Assembly: GCA_027923505.1 (NCBI GenBank)
Contig: BROI01000002.1
Location: 2,046,001-2,110,000 of the forward strand
Reading direction: 5' to 3'
Origin: Mayamaea pseudoterrestris
Taxonomy: Eukaryota
DNA length: 64,000 nucleotides
Part shown: positions 1-10,633 of the stretch, in pieces
How positions within the stretch are numbered: the first letter of the stretch is position 1
Layout of the letters: the number at the start of each line of letters is the position of its first letter
The notes under the pieces: generated by a model
Seen by the model: only the letters and a program-made list of their open reading frames with translations
The model's database searches: none
Told to the model about the DNA's origin: nothing
Program-made: the position numbers and the translations under genes

Positions 1-3000
1 ATGGTGCCAACATCATTATTCAGGCTGCGCTACAAGATGGTAGGCTTGGCTGGTGTCTCAGTGGATGGCAATGTATTTGGTGACAACTTGTCACCAGTCT
101 CAGCCCACAGATGCCGTGACATTTAAACGCCCCTACAGCAAGATCTGTAGGTGCCCAAAATACACCAGAATGGTGCCAACATCATTATTCAGGCTGCGCT
201 ACAAGATGGTAGTCTTGGCTGGTGTCTCAGGGGATGGCAATGTATTTGGTGACAACTTGTCACCAGACTCAGCCCGCAGATGCCGTGACATTCAAACGCC
301 CCTACAGCAAGCCCTGTAGGTGCCCAAAATACACCTGAATGCTGACAACGTCATTATTCTGTCTGCGCTACAAGATGGTAGGCTTGGCTGGTGTCTCAGG
401 GGATGGCAATGTATTTGGTGACATCTTGTCACCAGTCTCAGCCCGCAGATGCCATGACATTCAAATGCCCCTACAGCAAGCCCTGTAGGTGCCCAAAATA
501 CACCAGAATGGTGCCAACATCATTATTCTGGCTGCGCTACAAGATGGTAGGCTTGGCTGGTGTCTCAGGGGATGGCAATGTATTTGGTGACAACTTGTCA
601 CCAGTCTCAGCCCGCAGATGCCGTGACATTCAAATGCCCCTACAGCAAGATCTGTAGGTGCCCAAAATACACCAGAATGGTGCCAACATCATTATTCTGG
701 CTGCGCTACAAGATGGTAGGCTTGGCTGGTGTCTCAGGGGATGGCAATGTATTTGGTGACAACTTGTCACCAGTCTCAGCCCGCAGATGCCGTGACATTC
801 AAACGCCCCTACAGCAAAATCTGTAGGTGCCCAAAATACTCCAGAATGGTGCCAACATCATTATTCAGGCTGCGCTACAAGATGGTAGGCTTGGCTGGTG
901 TCTCAGGGGATGGCAATGTATTTGGTGACAACTTGTCACCAGTCTCAGCCCGCAGATGCCATGACATTCAAACGCCCCTACAGCAAGCCCTGTAGGTGCC
1001 CAAAATACACCAGAATGGTACCAACATCATTATTCAAACTGCGCTACAAGATGGTAGGCTTGGCTGGTGTCTCAGGGGATGGCAATGTATTTGGTGACAA
1101 CTTGTCACCAGTCTCAGCCCGCAGATGCCGTGACATTCAAACGCCCCTACAGCAAGCCCTGTAAGTGCCCAAAATACACCAGAATGGTGCCAACATCATT
1201 ATTCAAGCTGCGCTACAAGATGGTAGGCTTGGCTGGTGTCTCAGGGGATGGCAATGTATTTGGTGACAACTTGTCACCAGTCTCAGCCCGCAGATGCCGC
1301 GACATTCAAACGCCCCTACAGCAAGCCCTGTAAGTGCCCAAAATACACCAGAATGGTGCCAACATCATTATTCAGGCTGCGCTACAAGATGGTAGTCTTG
1401 ACTGGTGTTTCAGGGGATTGCAATGTATTTGGTGACAACTTGTCACCAGGCTCAGCCCGCTGATGCTGTGACATTCAAACGCCCCTACAGCAAGCCCTGT
1501 AGGTGCCCTAAATACACCAGAATGGTGCCAACATCATTGTTCAGTTTACGCTACAAGTTGGTAGGCTTGGCTGGTGTCTCAGGGGATGGCAATGTATTTG
1601 GTGACAACTTGTCACCAGTCTCAGCCTGCAGATGCCGTGACATTCAAACGCCCCTACAGCAAGCCCTGTAGGTGCCCAAAATACACCAGAATGGTGCCAA
1701 CAACATTATTCAGGCTGCGCTACAAGATGGTAGGCTTGGCTGGTGTCTCAGGGGATGGCAATGTATTTGGTGACAACTTGTCACCAGTCTCAGCCCGCAG
1801 ATGCCATGACATTCAAATGCCCCTACAGCAAGCCCTGTAGGTGCCCAAAATACACCAGAATGGAGCCAACGTCATTATTCAGTCTGCGCTACAAGATGGT
1901 AGGCTTGGCTGGTGTCTCAGGGGATGGCAATGTATTTGGTGACAACTTGTCACCAGTCTCAGCCCGCAGATGCCGTGACATTCAAACGCCCCTACAGCAA
2001 AATCTGTAGTTGCCCACAATACGCCAGAATGGTGCCAACATCATTATTCAGGCTGCGCTACAAGATGGTAGTCTTGGCTGGTGTCTCAGGGGATGGCAAT
2101 GTATTTGGTGACAACTTGTCACCAGGCTCAGCCCGCTGATGCTGTGACATTCAAACGCCCCTACAGCAAGCCCTGTAGGTGCCCTAAATACACCAGAATG
2201 GTGCCAACATCATTGTTCAGTTTACGCTACAAGTTGGTAGGCTTGGCTGGTGTCTCAGGGGATGGCAATGTATTTGGTGACAACTTGTCACCAGTCTCAG
2301 CCTGCAGATGCCGTGACATTCAAACGCCCCTACAGCAAGCCCTGTAGGTGCCCAAAATACACCAGAATGGTGCCAACAACATTATTCAGGCTGCGCTACA
2401 AGATGGTAGTCTTGACTGGTGTTTCAGGGGATTGCAATGTATTTGGTGACAACTTGTCACCAGGCTCAGCCCGCTGATGCTGTGACATTGACAACTTGTC
2501 ACCAGTCTCAGCCCGCAGATGCCGTGACATTCAAACGCCCCTACAGCAAGATCTGTAGGTGCCCAAAATACACCAGAATGGTGCCAACATCATTATTCAG
2601 GCTGCGCTACAAGATGGTAGGCTTGGCGGGTGTCTCAGGGGATGGCAATGTATTTGGTGACAACTTGTCACCAGTCTCAGCCCGCAGATGCCATGACATT
2701 CAAACACCCCTGCAGCAAGCCCTGTACATGCCCAAAATACACCAGAATGGTGCCAACATCATTGTTTAGGCTGCGCTACAAGATGGTAGGCTTGACTGGT
2801 GTCTCAGGGGATGGCAATGTATTTGGTGACAACTTGTCACCAGTCTCAGCTTGCAGATGCCGTGACATTCAAACGCCCCTACAGCAAGCCCAGTAGGTGC
2901 CCAAAATACACATGAATCCTAACAACACCATTATTCAGGCTGCGCTACAAGATGGTAGGCTTGGCTGGTGTCTCAGGGGATGGGAATGTATTTGGTGACA

Positions 3001-6000
3001 ACTTGTCACCAGTCTCAGCCTGCAGATGCCGTGACATTCAAATGCCCCTACAGCAAGCCCTGTAGGTGCCCAAAATACACCAGAATGGTGCCAACATATT
3101 ACACAGGCTGCGCTACAAGATGGTAGGCTTGACTGTTGTCTCAGGGGATGGCAATGTATTTGGTGACAGCATGTCACCAGTCTCAGCCCGCAGATGCCAT
3201 GACATTCAAACGCCCCTACAGCAAGCCCTGTAGGTGCCCAAAATATACCAGAATGGTGCCTACATCATTATTCAGGCTGCGCTACAAGATAGTTGGCTTG
3301 GCTGGTGTCTCAAAGGATGGCAATGTATTTGGTGACAACTTGTCACCAGTCTCAGCCCGCAGATGCTGTGACATTCAAATGCCCCCTACAGCAAGCCCTG
3401 TAGGTGCCCAAAATACACCAGAATGGTGCCAACATCATTATTCAGGCTGCGCTACAAGATGGTAGGCTTGGCTGGTGTCTCAGGGGATGGCAATGTATTT
3501 GGTGACAACTTGTCACCAGTCTCAGCCCGCAGATGCCGTGACATTCAAATGCCCCTGCAGCAAGCCCTGTAGGTGCCCAAAATACTCCAGAATGGTACCA
3601 ACATCATTATTCAGGCTGCGCTACAAGATGGTAGGCTTGGCTGGTGTCTCAGGGGATGGCAATGTATTTGGTGACAACTTGTCACCAGTCTCAGCCCGCA
3701 GATGCCGTGACATTCAAACGCCCCTACAGCAAGCCCTGTAGGTGCCCAAAATACACCAGAATGGTGCCAACATAAATATTCAGGCTGCGCTACAAGATGG
3801 TATGCTTGACTGGTGTCTCAGGGGATGGCAATGTATTTGGTGACAACTTGTCACCAGTCTCAGCCCGCAGATGCCGTGACATTCAAACGCCCCTACAGCA
3901 AGCCCTGTAGGTGCCCAAAATATACCAGAATGGTGCCAACATCATTATTCAGGCTGCGCTGCAAGATGGTAGGCTTGGCTGGTGTCTCAGGGGATGGCAA
4001 TGTATTTGGTGACAACTTGTCACCAGTCTCAGCCCGCAGATGCCGTGACATTCAAACGCCCCTACAGCAAGCCCTGTAGGTGCCCAAAATATACCAGAAT
4101 GGTGCCAACATCATTATTCAGGCTGAGCTACAAGATGGTAGGCTTGGCTGGTGTCTCGGGGGATGGCAATGTATTTGGTGACAACTTGTCACCAGTCTCA
4201 GCCCGCAGATGCCATGACATTCAAACGCCCCTACAGCAAGCCCTGTAGGTGCCCAAAATACACCAGAATGGTACCAACATCATTATTCAGGCTGCGCTAC
4301 AAGATGGTAGGCTTGGCTGGTGTCTCAGGGGATGGCAATGTATTTGGTGACAACTTGTCACCAGTCTCAGCCCGCAGATGCCGTGACATTCAAACGCCCC
4401 TACAGCAAGATCTGTAGGTGCCCAAAATACAACAGAATGGTGCCAACATCATTTTTTAGACTGCGCTACAAGATGGTAGGCTTGGCTGGTGTCTCAGGGG
4501 ATGGCAATGTATTTGGTGACAACTTGTCACCAGTCTCAGCCCGCAGATGCCGTGACATTCAAACGCCCCTACAGCAAGCCCTGTAGGTGCCCAAAATACA
4601 CCAGAATGGTGCCAACATCATTATTCAGGCTGCGCTACAAGATGGTAGGCTTGGCTGGTGTCTCAGTGGATGGCAATGTATTTGGTGACAACTTGTCACC
4701 AGTCTCAGCCCACAGATGCCGTGACATTTAAACGCCCCTACAGCAAGATCTGTAGGTGCCCAAAATACACCAGAATATTGCCAACATCATTATTCAGGCT
4801 GCGCTACAAGATGGTAGTCTTGGCTGGTGTCTCAGGGGATGGCAATGTATTTGGTGACAACTTGTCACCAGACTCAGCCCGCAGATGCCGTGACATTCAA
4901 ACGCCCCTACAGCAAGCCCTGTAGGTGCCCAAAATACACCTGAATGCTGACAACGTCATTATTCTGTCTGCGCTACAAGATGGTAGGCTTGGCTGGTGTC
5001 TCAGGGGATGGCAATGTATTTGGTGACAACTTGTCACCAGTCTCAGCCCGCAGATGCCGTGACATTCAAACGCCCCTACAGCAAGATCTGTAGGTGCCCA
5101 AAATACAACAGAATGGTGCCAACATCATTTTTTAGACTGCGCTACAAGATGGTAGGCTTGGCTGGTGTCTCAGGGGATGGCAATGTATTTGGTGACAACT
5201 TGTCACCAGTCTCAGCCCGCAGATGCCGTGACATTCAAACGCCCCTACAGCAAGCCCTGTAGGTGCCCAAAATACACCAGAATGGTGCCAACATCATTAT
5301 TCAGGCTGCGCTACAAGATGGTAGGCTTGGCTGGTGTCTCAGGGGATGGCAATGTATTTGGTGACAACTTGTCACCAGTCTCAGCCCACAGATGCCGTGA
5401 CATTTAAACGCCCCTACAGCAAGATCTGTAGGTGCCCAAAATACACCAGAATGGTGCCAACATCATTATTCAGGCTGCGCTACAAGATGGTAGTCTTGGC
5501 TGGTGTCTCAGGGGATGGCAATGTATTTGGTGACAACTTGTCACCAGTCTCAGCCCGCAGATGCCGTGACATTCAAACGCCCCTACAGCAAGCCCTGTAG
5601 GTGCCCAAAATACACCAGAATGGTGCCAACATCATTATTCAGGCTGCGCTACAAGATGGTAGGCTTGGCTGGTGTCTCAGTGGATGGCAATGTATTTGGT
5701 GACAACTTGTCACCAGTCTCAGCCCACAGATGCCGTGACATTTAAACGCCCCTACAGCAAGATCTGTAGGTGCCCAAAATACACCAGAATGGTGCCAACA
5801 TCATTATTCAGGCTGCGATACAAGATGGTAGTCTTGGCTGGTGTCTCAGGGGATGGCAATGTATTTGGTGACAACTTGTCACCAGACTCAGCCCGCAGAT
5901 GCCGTGACATTCAAACGCCCCTACAGCAAGCCCTGTAGGTGCCCAAAATACACCTGAATGCTGACAACGTCATTATTCTGTCTGCGCTACAAGATGGTAG

Positions 6001-8783
6001 GCTTGGCTGGTGTCTCAGGGGATGGCAATGTATTTGGTGACAACTTGTCACCAGTCTCAGCCCGCAGATGCCGTGACATTCAAACGCCCCTACAGCAAGA
6101 TCTGTAGGTGCCCAAAATACAACAGAATGGTGCCAACATCATTTTTTAGACTGCGCTACAAGATGGTAGGCTTGGCTGGTGTCTCAGGGGATGGCAATGT
6201 ATTTGGTGACAACTTGTCACCAGTCTCAGCCCGCAGATGCCGTGACATTCAAATGCCCCTACAGCAAGCCCTGTAGGTGCCCAAAATACACCAGAATGGT
6301 GCCAACATCATTATTCAGGCTGCGCTACAAGATGGTAGGCTTGGCTGGTGTCTCAGTGGATGGCAATGTATTTGGTGACAACTTGTCACCAGTCTCAGCC
6401 CACAGATGCCGTGACATTTAAACGCCCCTACAGCAAGATCTGTAGGTGCCCAAAATACACCAGAATGGTGCCAACATCATTATTCAGGCTGCGCTACAAG
6501 ATGGTAGTCTTGGCTGGTGTCTCAGGGGATGGCAATGTATTTGGTGACAACTTGTCACCAGACTCAGCCCGCAGATGCCGTGACATTCAAACGCCCCTAC
6601 AGCAAGCCCTGTAGGTGCCCAAAATACACCTGAATGCTGACAACGTCATTATTCTGTCTGCGCTACAAGATGGTAGGCTTGGCTGGTGTCTCAGGGGATG
6701 GCAATGTATTTGGTGACATCTTGTCACCAGTCTCAGCCCGCAGATGCCATGACATTCAAATGCCCCTACAGCAAGCCCTGTAGGTGCCCAAAATACACCA
6801 GAATGGTGCCAACATCATTATTCTGGCTGCGCTACAAGATGGTAGGCTTGGCTGGTGTCTCAGGGGATGGCAATGTATTTGGTGACAACTTGTCACCAGT
6901 CTCAGCCCGCAGATGCCGTGACATTCAAATGCCCCTACAGCAAGATCTGTAGGTGCCCAAAATACACCAGAATGGTGCCAACATCATTATTCTGGCTGCG
7001 CTACAAGATGGTAGGCTTGGCTGGTGTCTCAGGGGATGGCAATGTATTTGGTGACAACTTGTCACCAGTCTCAGCCCGCAGATGCCGTGACATTCAAACG
7101 CCCCTACAGCAAAATCTGTAGGTGCCCAAAATACTCCAGAATGGTGCCAACATCATTATTCAGGCTGCGCTACAAGATGGTAGGCTTGGCTGGTGTCTCA
7201 GGGGATGGCAATGTATTTGGTGACAACTTGTCACCAGTCTCAGCCCGCAGATGCCATGACATTCAAACGCCCCTACAGCAAGCCCTGTAGGTGCCCAAAA
7301 TACACCAGAATGGTACCAACATCATTATTCAAACTGCGCTACAAGATGGTAGGCTTGGCTGGTGTCTCAGGGGATGGCAATGTATTTGGTGACAACTTGT
7401 CACCAGTCTCAGCCCGCAGATGCCGTGACATTCAAACGCCCCTACAGCAAGCCCTGTAAGTGCCCAAAATACACCAGAATGGTGCCAACATCATTATTCA
7501 AGCTGCGCTACAAGATGGTAGGCTTGGCTGGTGTCTCAGGGGATGGCAATGTATTTGGTGACAACTTGTCACCAGTCTCAGCCCGCAGATGCCGCGACAT
7601 TCAAACGCCCCTACAGCAAGCCCTGTAAGTGCCCAAAATACACCAGAATGGTGCCAACATCATTATTCAGGCTGCGCTACAAGATGGTAGTCTTGACTGG
7701 TGTTTCAGGGGATTGCAATGTATTTGGTGACAACTTGTCACCAGGCTCAGCCCGCTGATGCTGTGACATTCAAACGCCCCTACAGCAAGCCCTGTAGGTG
7801 CCCTAAATACACCAGAATGGTGCCAACATCATTGTTCAGTTTACGCTACAAGTTGGTAGGCTTGGCTGGTGTCTCAGGGGATGGCAATGTATTTGGTGAC
7901 AACTTGTCACCAGTCTCAGCCTGCAGATGCCGTGACATTCAAACGCCCCTACAGCAAGCCCTGTAGGTGCCCAAAATACACCAGAATGGTGCCAACAACA
8001 TTATTCAGGCTGCGCTACAAGATGGTAGGCTTGGCTGGTGTCTCAGGGGATGGCAATGTATTTGGTGACAACTTGTCACCAGTCTCAGCCCGCAGATGCC
8101 ATGACATTCAAATGCCCCTACAGCAAGCCCTGTAGGTGCCCAAAATACACCAGAATGGAGCCAACGTCATTATTCAGTCTGCGCTACAAGATGGTAGGCT
8201 TGGCTGGTGTCTCAGGGGATGGCAATGTATTTGGTGACAACTTGTCACCAGTCTCAGCCCGCAGATGCCGTGACATTCAAACGCCCCTACAGCAAAATCT
8301 GTAGTTGCCCACAATACGCCAGAATGGTGCCAACATCATTATTCAGGCTGCGCTACAAGATGGTAGTCTTGGCTGGTGTCTCAGGGGATGGCAATGTATT
8401 TGGTGACAACTTGTCACCAGGCTCAGCCCGCTGATGCTGTGACATTCAAACGCCCCTACAGCAAGCCCTGTAGGTGCCCTAAATACACCAGAATGGTGCC
8501 AACATCATTGTTCAGTTTACGCTACAAGTTGGTAGGCTTGGCTGGTGTCTCAGGGGATGGCAATGTATTTGGTGACAACTTGTCACCAGTCTCAGCCTGC
8601 AGATGCCGTGACATTCAAACGCCCCTACAGCAAGCCCTGTAGGTGCCCAAAATACACCAGAATGGTGCCAACAACATTATTCAGGCTGCGCTACAAGATG
8701 GTAGTCTTGACTGGTGTTTCAGGGGATTGCAATGTATTTGGTGACAACTTGTCACCAGGCTCAGCCCGCTGATGCTGTGACAT
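1..8783. repeat. 169-bp tandem satellite array (~52 monomers, truncated by the window start)
   Basis: The monomer ATGGTGCCAACATCATTATTCAGG...CCCAAAATACACCAGA recurs every 169 bp (1, 170, 339 ... 2367), and the ORF track shows the same 169-bp periodicity. The array ends abruptly at ...GCTGTGACAT (8783). Confidence 0.99.
2489..8783. repeat. 6295-bp higher-order repeat unit (~37 monomers + 42 bp); 1-2488 is the 3' end of the preceding copy
   Basis: The order of diagnostic monomer variants in 1-2488 is reproduced at 6296-8783. ORF translations at 53/6348, 391/6686 ... 2250/8545 are identical with offset 6295. Confidence 0.93.
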
Positions 8784-9238
8784 ACACATGAGCCCGGAAT
8801 GATTGTTATGCACCAATCTTACCGCATACGTGTCCCCAAGGATAGCCAGAACAGAATTCATGGAACAAGACTATTGGGGGTAGTCGTTGAAGGCCACACA
8901 CTGTAGCACCATGTAGCTGGTTACTGTGTGGATCTTTGCCCTCCCAAACAACTGATGCTACATGTGAGCTGGGAATGATTGTTATGCACCAATCTCACTG
9001 CATATGTGTCCCCAAGCATAGCCAGAACAGAATTCATGGAACAAGACTATTAATGGTAGTCTTTGAAGGCCACGCACTGTAGCACCATGGAGCTGGTTAC
9101 TGTGTGGATGTTGCCCTCCCCAACAAATGATGCTACACATGAGCTGGGAATGATTGATATGCACCAATCTCACCGCATATGTGTCCCCAAGGATAGCCAG
9201 AACTGAATTCATGGAACAAGACTATGGGGGGTAGTCTT
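8784..9238. repeat. Second tandem repeat, ~175-176-bp unit, ~2.6 diverged copies
   Basis: ACAYRTGAGC..GGAATGATTG.TATGCACCAATCT starts at 8784, 8960 and 9135; GAATTCATGGAACAAGACTAT occurs three times. Confidence 0.95.
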
Positions 9239-9418
9239 TCTTTGATGGCCTAAACGTCGTACTGGTACAGCTGTGACGCGCGAGATCGGACGTGGTGCAT
9301 CAGCGCGACGAATTGGATGAGTTGATCATGCAAGCTGACTCTCGTTGAATATGACCTAAACAAACACTCATTTGCCTGAAATTAGTAACCTTTTCATATC
9401 TGCACAGTACCGTTCGTC

Positions 9419-10413
9419 ATGATGAAAATTTGGGTTGGAGCGACGCTGTTAATGAGCATCCTAAGAACAATTGATGCCTTTCGCTTTCCGTCACCTTTTG
9501 GAACGCTTTTTCCGACCAAGGAGCAAGCAATTGTACGTAGACCAAGATTATGCAGTCTCAGTTGACGAGTATCTTGCATACAACTTATTCTTTTTCTGTT
9601 CATGATTGACAGAGTGTTGTTTCTGCACCCAAAGCAGCTCCAGCACCGTTGGTAAGTCCCTAATCCCTCCCCGCCTTCTGAACCTTTGCTTATCATTGTA
9701 TTTGTATACTCAAACAGTACAATTCACTTCTTTTCGTGCATCCACAGAAGAGACAACTTTTACAGTCGATATCTGGAACAAACAATGGTAAATCCGCAAC
9801 GCCGGAGCAGCAAGCCAATGTTCTTTCATTGGTTCGTCAACTGGAAACTGAATTTCCAGCTCCGTCCAATCTACTGACTGATACCAGCGTTGCCAAAGCC
9901 ATACTGGACGGTACCTGGTATTTGCAATACACGTCTCCGTCCGTTGTCGGTGACGCCGACGCCTTTCCCGATGCATGGAAGCCGCAAGTGGCCGATGAAG
10001 GCGACAGCAAGATTCCAACGACGCAGTTCAACGCGCAAGGCTCGGTTTCGGCGGCTGGCATCAAGGTTGACACGAGCAATCGCATCGTCAAACAAATCAT
10101 TGATGTTGACGCAAGTCGTATTGTGAATGATATTGGACTGGACTGGGGACAAATTAAAGTTGCAGGCAAGTTTCGGCAATCGCCAAACGTTCCGAACCGA
10201 GCACTTGTTGCGTTCGATACTGCAATCTTTGACGTCAACAAGGGACCGACAATTAATTTGGGCTTCCTGTTTAGTGCGCTTGCGTTAGTTCGAAGGACGG
10301 AGGATAATGGATGGCTTGAGACGACGTATATTGATGACGACATTCGCGTGGGGCGAGGCAACAAGGGAACAATGTTTGTCCTGACGAGAGACTTTGCCGC
10401 GGTCAGTCCTTGA
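9419..10413 (+). CDS. Plastid lipid-associated protein / fibrillin (PAP_fibrillin), 3 exons (9419-9532, 9613-9651, 9748-10413)
   Basis: Exon 1 MMKIWVGATLLMSILRTIDA-FRF is a signal peptide + AF motif. GT-AG introns keep the frame. LDGTWYLQYTS and C-terminal WLETTYIDDDIRVGRGNKGTMFVL are typical of fibrillins. Confidence 0.88.
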
Positions 10414-10633
10414 TGCATCAAGCAAAAGCAAGGAGGGAAGTCTTACTGTGAGAATGGTAGCCAGAAATCTGACAGGAGTTAGCCCCATGATAATTCTATG
10501 TACTGGTAGAGCTCGTCAACGACCAAAAACTAAACGTCATGTAACCAGTGAAAGCTAGCCACGAATGATATTGTCTACATAAATGTTTACATGTAATTTA
10601 ACTTTTGCGTCGCATGGGAAAACCTGGTCAGAG

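Noticed and set aside
53..8772. Dozens of 75-116-aa ORFs in the satellite
   Set aside because: The unit length of 169 is not a multiple of 3, the listed ORFs mostly start at GTG, overlap, shift frame each monomer and have no domain. They are artefacts of the repeat.
1..8783. CRISPR array
   Set aside because: The sequence between palindromes is the same in every unit (no unique spacers), there are no cas genes, and the context is eukaryotic.
1..9238. Retrozyme or hammerhead-ribozyme satellite
   Set aside because: No CUGANGA + GAAA core on either strand of either repeat consensus. Other ribozyme classes were not excluded without a covariance search.
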